The notes under the pieces were generated by a model. It did no database searches and was not told the origin of the DNA. It worked only from the letters and a program-made list of their open reading frames with translations. DNA of 64,000 nt from an uncultured Alphaproteobacteria bacterium (GTDB lineage: Bacteria > Pseudomonadota > Alphaproteobacteria > Rhizobiales > Kaistiaceae), in contig CAWAIR010000036.1 of NCBI GenBank assembly GCA_963782045.1, positions 32,828 to 96,827 on the forward strand. Direction: 5' to 3'. Position 1 is the first letter of the stretch; each line of letters opens with the position of its first letter. Positions 10,123 to 20,296 of the stretch are shown piece by piece. The translations under genes were made by a program, and so were the position numbers.

Positions 10123-11189
10123 CGCCGAGGCGGCTTGGCGTCGCGCTCCTTGCCTGCCTCGCCGCCCTCGCCGCGCCATCGGCGCAAGCCGGCGACCCCG
10201 GCTTCACGCCGATCGCGGTGACCGCCCGGCCCGTCTCCCGTTTCGCCCTCGCCACCGCCGGCACGCACTTCGGCGCGCTGGAGTTTCTGGGCGGGCTGCA
10301 GCTTCTCTCCAGCGATCCGCACTTCGGCTCGCTTTCCGGGTTCGATTTCGCCGCCGACGGCCACACCATGGTCGCCGTGGCCGACACCGGCTTCTGGTTC
10401 ACCGCCAAGCTTGCCGAGACCGACGGGCGGCCCATCGGCGTCAGCGAGGCGATGCTGGCGCCGATGCTCGACGCCCACGGCAAACCCTTTGCCAACAAGA
10501 ACGCCGCCGACGCCGAAGGACTGCGCCTGGTCACCCGCAACGGCCGCCAGACCGCCTATGTCTCCTTCGAGGAGAAGGCGGCGGTCACCCGCTACGGCGC
10601 CGCGCCCGATCTCGCCCACGCCCGGCGCAGCGACCTGCCGCTGCCCGGGTTCGTCAACCACATCAGGGCCAACAAGGGCCTCGAGGCCATCGCCATAGCG
10701 CCCGCCGGCGGAGCGCTCGCCGGCGCCATCGTCGTCATCGCCGAGCGCTCGCTCGACCGTGCCGGCAACCATCGCGGCTTCGTCATCGGCGGCAGCCATC
10801 CCGGCGCCTTCACGCTGAAGCGCGATGCACCCTTCGACGTCACCGACGCCGCCTTCCTGCCGGACGGCGATCTCATCGTGCTGGAACGCAGTTTCTCCTA
10901 CACCACCGGCTTCGGCATGCGCATCCGCCGCATCGCGGGCGCCGCCATCCGTCCCGGCGCGCGCCTCGACGGGCCGGTGCTGATCGCCGCCGACATGGGC
11001 GAGCAGATCGACAACATGGAGGGCCTCGCGGTGCGCAGCGGTGCCAACGGCGAGACGATCCTGACGCTCGTCTCCGACGACAACGGCAACCGGTTCCTGC
11101 AGCGCACGATGCTGCTGCAGTTTGCGCTTCCCCCATCCGCCTCGCCCACGCCGGCACCGCCGTTCCCGGTGCCGCGGCCGCAGGGCTGA
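10119..11189 (+). CDS. secreted esterase-like-activity-of-phytase family protein
   Basis: ATG at 10119 overlaps the restored cobT stop (ATGA). Signal peptide [24 protein letters not shown]. Motifs SGFDFAADG and DNMEGLAV. Confidence 0.8.
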   Translation: MTPRRLGVALLACLAALAAPSAQAGDPGFTPIAVTARPVSRFALATAGTHFGALEFLGGLQLLSSDPHFGSLSGFDFAADGHTMVAVADTGFWFTAKLAETDGRPIGVSEAMLAPMLDAHGKPFANKNAADAEGLRLVTRNGRQTAYVSFEEKAAVTRYGAAPDLAHARRSDLPLPGFVNHIRANKGLEAIAIAPAGGALAGAIVVIAERSLDRAGNHRGFVIGGSHPGAFTLKRDAPFDVTDAAFLPDGDLIVLERSFSYTTGFGMRIRRIAGAAIRPGARLDGPVLIAADMGEQIDNMEGLAVRSGANGETILTLVSDDNGNRFLQRTMLLQFALPPSASPTPAPPFPVPRPQG

Positions 11190-11292
11190 AACGAACCCCG
11201 CGCCCGGGAGGCCGTCGCCGGGCCGGCGATCCTTTCGGCGGCCGGGATGCGCTACGCTCAGCGCCAGTCCGCATGAAAACCGGAGTTCAGCT

Positions 11293-13221
11293 TTGACGTC
11301 CCCTCAGACAGCGCCCTTCGGCTCGTGGAAGTCGCCGCTCACCTCCGACCTGATCGTCGCCGGCAGCATCCGCCTCGGCATGGTGGCGGTGGACGGCGGC
11401 GACATCTACTGGAACGAGGGCCGTCCCGCCGAACGCGGCCGCCAGGTCATCGTGCGGCAGCGCCCGGACGGCTCCCGCCAGGACGTGAACCCGGCGCCGT
11501 TCAATGCCCGCACGCGCGTCCACGAATATGGCGGCGGCGACTATGTCGTCCACGACGGCACGGTCTATTTCGCCAATTTCGCCGACCAGCGCCTCTACAA
11601 GGTCAAGCCCGGGGAGGAACCGCGGCCGCTGACTCACGCCGAAGGCCATCGCTACGCCGACGCTGTGGTCGATGCGCCGCGCAACCGGCTGATCTGCGTC
11701 CTCGAGGACCACAGCGGCGCGGGCGAGGCGCGGAACGGCATCGTCGCGGTGGATCTCGATTCGGGTGACGAAACGCCGCTCTCCGGCGGCGACGACTTCT
11801 ACGCCAGCCCGCGCCTCAGCCCCGACGGCACGATGCTGGCGTGGCTCGCCTGGAACCACCCGAACATGCCCTGGGACGGCTGCGCGCTGCACGTTGCGGC
11901 GCTCGATCGCGCGGGGCGGCCGGCGAACCCGCAGATCGTCGCCGGCGGACCGACGGAGGCCATTTTCCAGCCGCAGTGGTCGCCCGCCGGCGTGCTCCAT
12001 TTCGTTTCCGACCGCACGGGCTGGTGGAACCTTTACCGCTGGCGGGACGGTGCGATCGAAGCGGTTGCGCCGATGGAGGCGGAGTTCGGTGCGCCCATGT
12101 GGATCTTCGGGCTCTCCACCTACGGCTTCGCCTCGCAACAGCGCATCGTCTGTACCTATAACCTGCGCGGCACCTGGCGCTTGGCCGCCATCGACACGAC
12201 CAGCGGCAAGCTGGAGCCGATCGACACCCCATTCACCGACATCAGCGGCCTGCACATGACGTCCACCGGCGTCGTGTTCGTCGCCGGATCGCCGTCGCGC
12301 GGCCAAGCCGTCGTCTCGCTCGACCTTGTCAGCGGCACGATCAAGACCATCCGGCGCGCCAGTGAACTCGAAATCGATCCGGGCTACACCTCATCGCCCG
12401 AGACGATCGCGTTTCCCACCGCAAACGGCCTCACCGCCTTCGGCTTCTTCTATCCGCCGCGCAACGACGACTTCGTGGCCCCCGCCGGCGATCTGCCGCC
12501 CCTGTTGGTCATGAGCCACGGTGGCCCGACCAGCGCGACCAGCGCCACGCTCTCGGCGCGCGTGCAGTACTGGACCAGCCGCGGCATCGCCGTGCTCGAC
12601 GTGAATTACGGCGGCAGCACCGGCTATGGCCGTCCCTACCGGGAGCGCCTCAACGGCGCCTGGGGGATCGTCGATGCCGCCGACTGCGCCAACGGCGCCC
12701 GTCATCTGGTGAGCGAGGGCCGCGTCGACGGCAAGCGGCTGTGCATCACCGGCGGCAGCGCCGGCGGCTACACGACGCTCTGCGCGCTGGCCTTCGGCGA
12801 CACGTTCAAGGCCGGCGCCAGCCACTACGGCGTCGGCGATCTCGAGAGCCTCGCCCGCGAAACCCACAAATTCGAGTCGCGCTATCTGGACCATCTGATC
12901 GGTCCCTATCCGGAGCGCCGCGACCTCTATGTCGAACGCTCCCCGATCCATTACCTCGACGGATTCGACTGCCCAGTCGTGTTCTTCCAGGGCCTGGAGG
13001 ACGCGGTCGTGCCGCCCAACCAGGCCGAGACGATGGTCGCGGCGCTGCGGCTGAAGGGCGTTCCGGTGGCCTACCTGCCCTTCCTGGGCGAGCAGCATGG
13101 CTTTCGCCAGGCCGAGAACATCAAGCGCGCTCTCGACGGTGAGCTCTATTTCTACAGCCGCGTCTTCGGCTTCGATCTCGCCGATCCGGTGGAGCCGCTC
13201 GCCATCGACAATCTCAAATGA
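11293..13221 (+). CDS. S9 family serine peptidase (prolyl oligopeptidase / dipeptidyl aminopeptidase type)
   Basis: TTG at 11293 after GGAG. N-terminal beta-propeller region, then a catalytic domain with GGSAGGYTTL (GxSxGG) and a C-terminal EQHGF. Confidence 0.85.
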   Translation: MTSPQTAPFGSWKSPLTSDLIVAGSIRLGMVAVDGGDIYWNEGRPAERGRQVIVRQRPDGSRQDVNPAPFNARTRVHEYGGGDYVVHDGTVYFANFADQRLYKVKPGEEPRPLTHAEGHRYADAVVDAPRNRLICVLEDHSGAGEARNGIVAVDLDSGDETPLSGGDDFYASPRLSPDGTMLAWLAWNHPNMPWDGCALHVAALDRAGRPANPQIVAGGPTEAIFQPQWSPAGVLHFVSDRTGWWNLYRWRDGAIEAVAPMEAEFGAPMWIFGLSTYGFASQQRIVCTYNLRGTWRLAAIDTTSGKLEPIDTPFTDISGLHMTSTGVVFVAGSPSRGQAVVSLDLVSGTIKTIRRASELEIDPGYTSSPETIAFPTANGLTAFGFFYPPRNDDFVAPAGDLPPLLVMSHGGPTSATSATLSARVQYWTSRGIAVLDVNYGGSTGYGRPYRERLNGAWGIVDAADCANGARHLVSEGRVDGKRLCITGGSAGGYTTLCALAFGDTFKAGASHYGVGDLESLARETHKFESRYLDHLIGPYPERRDLYVERSPIHYLDGFDCPVVFFQGLEDAVVPPNQAETMVAALRLKGVPVAYLPFLGEQHGFRQAENIKRALDGELYFYSRVFGFDLADPVEPLAIDNLK

Positions 13222-13245
13222 AAACGGCGCCCGCGAGGGCGCCGT
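13220..13245 (-). terminator. rho-independent terminator shared by convergent S9 peptidase and rpmB genes
   Basis: ACGGCGCCC-gcga-GGGCGCCGT, a 9-bp GC stem at 13224-13245. It is followed by TTTT on the minus strand and preceded by AAAA on the plus strand. Confidence 0.7.
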
Positions 13246-13273
13246 CGGTGATCCTGGAGAAGCCGGGGAGGGC

Positions 13274-13576
13274 TCAGGCGGTCGCCGCCTCGGCCGGCAC
13301 CGCCTTCTTGGCGATCTGGTGCTTCAGCTTACGCGCCTTCGGCGACAACTCGCTGTCGCGGGCCGCGGCGAGGAACTTGTCGAGCCCGCCGCGATGCTCC
13401 ACCGAGCGCAGCGCATGCGAACTGATCTTGAGGTTGACCGAGGCGCCCAGCGCCTCGCTCATCAGCGTCACCTGGTTGAGGTTGGGCAGGAAGCGCCGCC
13501 GCGTCCTGTTGTTCGCGTGGCTGACATTGTTGCCGGTCTGGACCGCCTTGCCGGTCAATTCACAGCGCCGTGCCAT
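13274..13576 (-). CDS. rpmB: 50S ribosomal protein L28
   Basis: ATG at 13576. [33 protein letters not shown] is the L28 signature. Confidence 0.95.
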   Translation of the reverse strand: MARRCELTGKAVQTGNNVSHANNRTRRRFLPNLNQVTLMSEALGASVNLKISSHALRSVEHRGGLDKFLAAARDSELSPKARKLKHQIAKKAVPAEAATA

Positions 13577-13653
13577 TGGATAATCCTCGTTCGCCGCCGG
13601 TTTGCGCCAATTCGGCATGCAAAGATGACGGGCCTTGTCGGAAAGTTGGCCTT

Positions 13654-13682
13654 CCTATAGTGACGGCCAAATTCCCCGTCAA
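13654..13682 (-). promoter_or_regulatory. sigma70-like promoter candidate for rpmB
   Basis: The minus strand reads TTGACG (13682-13677), a 17-nt spacer, then TATAGG (13659-13654). It lies about 80 nt upstream of the rpmB ATG. Confidence 0.4.
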
Positions 13683-13858
13683 GGCGGCATTCGGCCGGAT
13701 TTCGCCGCTTCCGACCTCAGAATTTCTGTCAATCCCCCTTTCTGGTCTGGTGACGGAGCGACGGATTTGGCCTAATAGTGGTCTTGTTAACCAATGGTCA
13801 GCCATGATTCGACGTGTCTCTGCCGTCATGCTGGCCCTTGATGCGACACTCGGCACGA

Positions 13859-14719
13859 ATGAATACGACTGCGTTTTCCGCCTCGAACCGGGCTCTTCGA
13901 CGGATTCTGCTGGCCGCACTGGTCGTCACGCCACTGGCTGCGACCGGCGCGCGGGCGGCTGACATGACGCTGAAGGCGGATTATCTCATCACAATTTCCG
14001 GCATCACCATAGGCAAGGCCAATGCCGAGGGCCGCTTCACCAGCACCGGCTATTCCGCCACCATCAGCGGCCGGACTTACGGCATCAGCCGCCTCGTGTC
14101 CGACGCCCACGCGGTGCTGGCCGGCAACGGCCGCATCCACGGCACCCACGTCATGCCGGCGACCTATGCGCTCGACACCGACGAGAAGGGCTTCCAGACC
14201 CACGTTAACATGGCCATGCGCGGCGGTTCGATCGTCAACCTGTCCGCGGCGCCGCACCTCCTGCCCGCGCCCGACCGCGTGCCGGTGACGGCCAGCCACA
14301 AGCGCAACGTCGTCGACCCGGTCGGCGCCTTCATGGTGGCCATCGACCGGCCTCTCGACGTCGCCGGCCCGAGCGCCTGCAACCGCACGGTCCGCGTGTT
14401 CGACGGCTGGCAGCGCTACGACGTGAAGCTCACCTTCAAGCAGAGCAAGCACGTCATCAACGCCGACCCCAAGGCCTATTCCGGCGAGGTGCTCGTCTGC
14501 GGCGCCCGCTACGTTCCGGTTGCCGGCCATCGTCCGGATCGCCAGTCGGTGCAGTACATGGCCAACAACCGGCGCATCGAGGTCTCGCTGGTGCCGGTGG
14601 ACGGCACCCACGTGCTCGTCCCCTATCGCATCCTGATCGGCACCCAGATGGGCGACCTGGTGATCGTCTCGCGCGATTTCGCCGTCTCGGCCACCGAGCA
14701 GCAGGCCAGCGCCAACTGA
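13859..14719 (+). CDS. DUF3108-like secreted protein
   Basis: ATG at 13859. Signal peptide ending ATGARAADM and a beta-rich sequence. The family call is from memory of similar proteins and carries moderate certainty. Confidence 0.65.
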   Translation: MNTTAFSASNRALRRILLAALVVTPLAATGARAADMTLKADYLITISGITIGKANAEGRFTSTGYSATISGRTYGISRLVSDAHAVLAGNGRIHGTHVMPATYALDTDEKGFQTHVNMAMRGGSIVNLSAAPHLLPAPDRVPVTASHKRNVVDPVGAFMVAIDRPLDVAGPSACNRTVRVFDGWQRYDVKLTFKQSKHVINADPKAYSGEVLVCGARYVPVAGHRPDRQSVQYMANNRRIEVSLVPVDGTHVLVPYRILIGTQMGDLVIVSRDFAVSATEQQASAN

Positions 14720-14737
14720 CGCCTGCCGGCCCGGCGG

Positions 14738-14759
14738 CTTGTCCACAGCTTGTCCACAA
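14738..14759 (+). repeat. tandem 11-nt repeat carrying two DnaA-box-like TTGTCCACA motifs
   Basis: CTTGTCCACAG CTTGTCCACAA. Each unit holds TTGTCCACA, an 8/9 match to TTATCCACA, in the same orientation 11 bp apart. Confidence 0.5.
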
Positions 14760-14974
14760 CCCGCGGCTGGAGCACCGGCCGTCAAACTCCTGTCGCAATC
14801 GCGCCGCACCCCATCCGACGCAAACACGATTCCGCCCCTTCCTGTGATTTATGCGGAGGGATTCCCAGATGTCGTGGCAATCGGCCGACGCCACCACACA
14901 TATCGTGGCGAACGGAACAGGACTCACGGCGAGTCAGTGATTCGGGCCGGTTTTGTTCCGGACTCGTTCGCTTT

Positions 14975-14993
14975 GATCGAAAGCGATCGAAAG
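14975..14993 (+). repeat. tandem GATCGAAAG x2 in the helicase upstream region
   Basis: GATCGAAAG c GATCGAAAG, with 10-nt periodicity, about 125 nt upstream of the helicase start. Confidence 0.5.
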
Positions 14994-15117
14994 ACGCAAG
15001 GAATCTCGCGCATTCCCGCCCCGCTGTGATAGAGGAAGGAAGGTCGGCTGCGCCCACCTGCCCTCGTGCATCGGCGCTTGCCTCGAGCGGACGACGGAAG
15101 ACACGCCAGTCCCGGTT

Positions 15118-18100
15118 ATGAACGTTTCCCCCAAGCCAGAGCCGATTGTCGGCGTGCGCGGCCGCAATGTCGTTGCCGTCCTGGGCCCGACCAACACTGG
15201 CAAGACCCATCTCGCCATCGAGCGGATGCTGGCCCATCCCACCGGCATGATCGGCCTGCCGCTGAGGCTGCTCGCCCGCGAGGTCTATGCCAAGGTCGCC
15301 CAGCGCATGGGCGCCGACCAGGTGGCGCTGATCACCGGCGAGGAAAAGATCATCCCCGCCAACCCGCGCTTCCGCGTCTGCACGGTCGAGGCCATGCCCA
15401 GCGAGACCGATGTCTCGTTCCTCGCCATCGACGAGATCCAGCTCGCCGGCGACCTCGAGCGCGGCCACGTCTTCACCGACCGCATGCTCAACCTGCGCGG
15501 CCGCGACGAGACGCTGCTGCTCGGCGCCGCCACCATGCGCGGCATCGTCGAGAAACTGCTGCCCGGCGTCAACGTCGTCACCCGGCCGCGCATGTCGCTG
15601 CTCACCTGGTCGGGGTCGAAGAAGATCACCCGGCTGCCGCGGCGCACCGCCGTCGTCGCCTTTTCCGCCGACGAGGTCTACGCCATCGCCGAGCTGATCC
15701 GCCGCCAGCGCGGCGGCGCGGCGGTCGTGCTCGGCTCGCTGTCACCGCGCACGCGCAACGCCCAGGTCGAGATCTTCCAGTCGGGCGACGTCGATTTCCT
15801 GGTCGCCACCGACGCCATCGGCATGGGCCTCAACCTCGACGTCGATCACGTCGCCTTCGCCTCCGACCGCAAGTTCGACGGCTATCAGTTCCGCCGCCTG
15901 ACCCCCGCCGAGTTCGGCCAGATCGCCGGGCGCGCCGGCCGCCACATGCGCGACGGCACCTTCGGCGTCACCAGCCGCGTCGACCCCTTCGACGACGATC
16001 TGGTCGAGGCGCTGGAGACCCACCACTTCGATCCGGTCAAGACCATCCAGTGGCGCAACCGCGATCTCGATTTCTCCTCGCTCGCGGCACTGAAGGCGAG
16101 CCTCGACCGGCCGCCCGCGCTTGCCGGGCTGGTCAAGGCGCCGCCGGCCGAGGACGTCGCCGCGCTCGAACTCATCAGCCGCGACCCTGAGGTCCGCGCG
16201 CTCGCCGACGACCGCGGGCATGTATCGACGCTCTGGGACGTCTGCCAGGTGCCCGACTACCGCAAGATCGCGCCGGCCAATCACGCCGAACTGGTCTCCG
16301 CCCTGTTCGGCTTCCTCGCCCGCGACGGCGCCATACCGGACGACTGGTTCGCCGCACAGATCGCCTTCGCCGACCACACCGACGGCGACATCGACACGCT
16401 TGCCAACCGCATCGCCCACATCCGCACCTGGACTTTCGCGGCCAATCGGCCGCAATGGCTGCGCGACCCCGGCCATTGGCAGGAACGGACGCGCGCGATA
16501 GAGGATCGCCTGTCGGACGCGCTGCATGAGCGGCTGACCGCCCGTTTCATCGACCGGCGGACCAGCGTGCTGATGCGGCGGTTGAAAGAGAACGCAATGC
16601 TCGAAGCCGAGATCACGCCGGCCGGCGAGGTGCTGGTCGAGGGCCAGCACGTCGGCAGCCTCGAGGGGTTCCGCTTTGCGCCCGACCCTGAGGCCGACGG
16701 CCCGGAGGCCAAGGCGCTGCGCAGCGCAGCCCAGAAGGCGCTGGCCGGCGAGATCGCCGAGCGCGCCGAGAAGGTGGCGACGTCGGCCAACAAGGATTTC
16801 ATCCTCGCCGGCGAGGGCACGCTGCGCTGGCAGGGCGCGGCGATTGCGCGGCTGGCCGAGGGCGACGATGCGCTGAAGCCGCGGCTGATCCTGCTCGCCG
16901 ACGAGCTGCTGCCCACCACCGGCCGCGAGCGCGTGCAGGCGCGCGTCGACCTGTGGCTCTCGGCCCAGGCCGAGACGCTGCTGAAGCCGCTGTTCGACCT
17001 ACGCAATGCCGCCACCCTGCCGGCGGCCGCGCGCGGCCTCGCCTTCCGCCTTTCGGAGGCCTTCGGCACCCTCAACCGCGCCGACATCGCCGACGAGGTG
17101 CGCGGCCTCGAGCAGGAGACCCGCGCCGGCCTCAGGGCGCTCGGCGTCCGCTTCGGCGCCCATCACATCTACGTGCCGGCGCTGTTGAAGCCCGGGCCGA
17201 GCGCGCTGCTTGCCACCTTCTGGGCACTCAAGAACGGTGGCCTCGACATCGCCGGGCTGACCGACCTGCAGCGTCTTGCCGCCTCCGGCCGCACCAGCGT
17301 GCCGATCGACCCGCAGGTCCCGCCGGCCCTCTACCGCGTCGTCGGCTATCGCCCGGCGGGCACGCGCGCCGTGCGCATCGACATTCTCGAGCGCCTTGCC
17401 GATCTCATCCGCCCGCTGATCGCCTGGCGGCCGACGGCGGAGAACCCGACGCCGCCGGACGGCGCCATCGACGGCTATGGCTTCACCGTCACCGTCGCCA
17501 TGACCTCGCTGCTCGGCTGCTCGGGCGAGGACTTCGCCTCGGTGCTCTCCGCCCTCGGCTACCGCATGGAGCGCCGCCCGGCACCGCCGAGGCCCGCGGT
17601 CGTCGCGGCGCCGGCGGAGGCGGCCGCGGAGGGCGCTGACCCCGAAGCGGCCGCGCCGGCCGCCGCGCACGAGGAAGCGGCCGAGACCGGGGCCGAAGCG
17701 ACCGCGCCCGAGGCGACCGAGGCAGAGGCCGGGCCGGAAGCGACCGAGACCGAGACTGAGGCCCGGCCGGAAGCGCCGGAGCCGGAAGCCGCAACGACCA
17801 GCCCACCGGCGGAAGAGACCGCCGAAGCCGCCACGGAAGCGGTCCCGGCCGAGCCGACCGCGGAGGCGGTGGCGGCAGAGTCTCCGGCTGCCGAGGCGGC
17901 GGAGCCCCTCCCCGCCGAAGCGACTGCCGAGACGGAATCCGCGGCGGAGGCGCCCGCGGCGACCCCCGCGAGCGCGGAGCCGGCCGAACCCGAGCCACCG
18001 GCCGAGCCTGCCTTCATCGAGGTCTGGCGCCCCGGCCGTCCGGGCGGCCAGCGGAGCGGCCGCCCGCGTCCGCACCGGCGCGAGCACGGTGCCAGCCGCG

Positions 18101-18404
18101 CCGCCGCCCCCAGCGACACTACCCAGCAACCGGACAACGCGCCGGCGGCCGACGGCGAGGCCCGGCGTGAACGCCGGCCCAATCGGCGCCGGGGCAAGTC
18201 CGGCATGCCGCGTCCGCAAGACCGCCCCGAGCGCGGCGAGCGGGGGAGCGGCGCGAGCGCCCCGAACGCCGCGACCGCCCGCAGGCGGCCGCGCCGCAGA
18301 CCCAGCGTCCCGAGCGCAGGGAGAAGCAGCCGGACCCCAACTCGCCCTTCGCCGCTTTGGCCGCGCTCAAGGCGCGGCTCGAGGGTCGCGAGGAGGAAAG
18401 CTGA
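15118..18404 (+). pseudogene. Suv3-like helicase-related protein with long acidic Ala/Glu/Pro/Thr-rich C-terminal linker; C-terminal frame probably broken by one missing base
   Basis: - N-terminus: GPTNTGKTH Walker A and helicase core.
- Original frame: the ORF overruns to 18552, 142 nt into the next gene.
- -1 frame: reads ...RERPERRDRPQ...PDPNSPFAALAALKARLEGREEES and stops at 18404, 6 nt before the next ATG.
- Best break candidate: the G5 run at 18242-18246. Confidence 0.75.
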
Positions 18405-18410
18405 CCCCAC

Positions 18411-18827
18411 ATGGCCGGCGAGGGCCGCCAGCGCATCGACAAGTGGCTGTGGTTCGCCCGGCTCCTCAAGACGCGCACCCTGGCCCAGAAGCTGGTGGTT
18501 GCCGGCAGCGTCCGCGTCAACCGCGAGAAGGTCGACGCGGCCAGCCACCTGATCAAGGCCGGTGACGTGCTGACCATCGCCGGCCCCCGCGGTGTGCGCG
18601 TGCTGAAGGTGCTTTCGCCCGGCACCCGCCGCGGTCCGGCACCCGAGGCCCAGGGCCTCTACGAGGACCTGTCGCCGCCGGACGCGCCACGGCCAACCGA
18701 CCCCGCCGCACCGGTGCCTGCCGCCGACCGCCCGGCCGGCTCCGGCCGCCCGACCAAGCGTGACCGCCGGGCGTTGGACAGGCTGCGTGCCGCCCCCGGC
18801 GACGATTTTTCGCCGGACGGGGATTGA
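18411..18827 (+). CDS. RNA-binding S4 domain protein (Hsp15-like)
   Basis: 138-aa ORF with QRIDKWLWFARLLKTRTLAQKLVVAGSVRVNREKV, typical of S4/Hsp15-type domains. Confidence 0.8.
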   Translation: MAGEGRQRIDKWLWFARLLKTRTLAQKLVVAGSVRVNREKVDAASHLIKAGDVLTIAGPRGVRVLKVLSPGTRRGPAPEAQGLYEDLSPPDAPRPTDPAAPVPAADRPAGSGRPTKRDRRALDRLRAAPGDDFSPDGD

Positions 18828-18953
18828 GGGCGAAATCCGTTCCGCCGGGGCCCCGGCGGCGACCATCGGCGTCTTGCGCCGCGGGGGCAAACCGGATACC
18901 GAAAATCCGCCGTTTCCCGAGTGCCCGGACGGCGCAACCAGCCGGAAGAACCC

Positions 18954-19292
18954 GTGACCTACGTCGTCAACGACAACTGCATCAAGTGCAAGTACACCGA
19001 CTGCGTCGAGGTGTGCCCCGTGGATTGCTTTTACGAGGGCGAGAACATGCTCGTCATCCATCCCGACGAATGCATCGACTGCGGTGTCTGCGAGCCCGAA
19101 TGCCCGGCCGATGCGATCAAGCCGGACACCGAGCCGGGGCTTGAGAAATGGTTGCAATTGAACGCCGAATACGCGTCCAAGTGGCCCAACATCACCGCCA
19201 AGAAGGACGCTCCGCCGGACGCCAAGGACTTCGAGGGGGTGCCTGAGAAGTTCGAGAAATATTTCTCGCCGGAGCCCGGCGAGGGGGACTGA
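18954..19292 (+). CDS. fdxA: 7Fe ferredoxin (FdxA type)
   Basis: GTG at 18954. [50 protein letters not shown] shows the Cys pattern of [3Fe-4S][4Fe-4S] ferredoxins. Confidence 0.95.
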   Translation: MTYVVNDNCIKCKYTDCVEVCPVDCFYEGENMLVIHPDECIDCGVCEPECPADAIKPDTEPGLEKWLQLNAEYASKWPNITAKKDAPPDAKDFEGVPEKFEKYFSPEPGEGD

Positions 19293-19397
19293 CGCGGTCG
19301 CGGTGGAATCCCCGGAAACTGCGGCGGAAGCCGGCCGGGCGGTTAGTGATGCCGCGCAATAAGCGTCAACATTGTTTACCGTCGGCCCGGTAAACCA

Positions 19398-19425
19398 TTG
19401 AAATTTACCGTTTTTGTGATATATT
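19398..19425 (+). promoter_or_regulatory. near-consensus sigma70-type promoter, probably for carD
   Basis: TTGAAA (19398-19403), a 16-nt spacer, then TATATT (19420-19425) in an AT-rich island. This implies a leader of about 230 nt before the carD ATG. Confidence 0.5.
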
Positions 19426-19660
19426 CGCGAGACTGTCGGAACAGAACGAGCACCTGCTCGCATCCCGCGCGACTTCTTCAGCGTGACCGGTTCCCAAGCG
19501 TTTCCGGCGCCTGCCCGGCCGAAAGGTGGGCGGGAGGAACCTTTTTCACGCCTGTGCGGGGTCGGGCCGGCAAGCCGGTGGACCGACAGGACGAGAGGCG
19601 GCGGTGCCGCCGGTTCCCGCTCTCTCCCAAGGAGCGGCGTCAAACGGAGTTGATGTCTCT

Positions 19661-20239
19661 ATGGCCACTGCAAAGAAGACCGCCCAGCGTTCCGGGTTCA
19701 AGACCGGTGAGTTCATCGTCTACCCGGCTCACGGCGTCGGCAAGATCGTCGGCATCGATACGCAAGAGGTGGCCGGGCTGAAGCTTGACCTGTTCGTGAT
19801 CAGCTTCGCGAAGGACAAGATGACCCTGCGCGTACCGGTGACCAAGGCGGCCTCGGTCGGCATGCGCAAGCTCGCCGACGGCGTCACCGTGAAGAAGGCG
19901 CTCGAGACCGTGCGCGGCCGCGCCCGCATCAAGCGCACCATGTGGAGCCGTCGCGCCCAGGAATACGAGGCCAAGATCAATTCCGGCGACCTTATCGCCA
20001 TCGCCGAGGTGGTGCGCGACCTGTTCCGCTCCGACACCCAGCCCGAGCAGTCCTATTCCGAGCGGCAGCTCTACGAGGCCGCGCTCGACCGCATGTCGCG
20101 CGAGATTTCCTCGGTCAGCAAGATCTCCGAGACGGAGGCGATCCGCCAGATCGAGCAGAACCTGGCCAAGAGCCCACGCCGCGGCGCCCCCAAGGCCGAG
20201 GCCACCAACGCCGAGGCCACCGACGCCGAGGCCGCCTGA
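19661..20239 (+). CDS. carD: CarD family transcriptional regulator
   Basis: ATG at 19661. FKTGEFIVYPAHGVGKIVGIDTQEVAG and RRAQEYEAKINSGDL are CarD/CdnL motifs. Confidence 0.9.
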   Translation: MATAKKTAQRSGFKTGEFIVYPAHGVGKIVGIDTQEVAGLKLDLFVISFAKDKMTLRVPVTKAASVGMRKLADGVTVKKALETVRGRARIKRTMWSRRAQEYEAKINSGDLIAIAEVVRDLFRSDTQPEQSYSERQLYEAALDRMSREISSVSKISETEAIRQIEQNLAKSPRRGAPKAEATNAEATDAEAA

Positions 20240-20268
20240 CCGCCGCCACCCATCCCATCGGTGAAAAC

Positions 20269-20296
20269 AACGCCCGGGCCGGAACCCGGGCGTTTT
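20269..20296 (+). terminator. rho-independent terminator after carD
   Basis: AACGCCCGGG-ccggaa-CCCGGGCGTT followed by TTTT. Confidence 0.85.

Noticed and set aside
8127-11189. 1020-aa ORF that looks like a giant CobT fusion protein
   Set aside because: It is an artefact of the cobT frame break at 9848-9850. After the break the frame gives low-complexity Arg/Pro sequence and then happens to be in frame with the separate phytase-like gene, which has its own ATG at 10119 and a signal peptide.
14738-14759. Chromosomal replication origin suggested by DnaA-box-like repeats
   Set aside because: There are only two imperfect boxes. No AT-rich unwinding element, no cluster of further boxes, and none of the genes usually flanking alphaproteobacterial origins are present.
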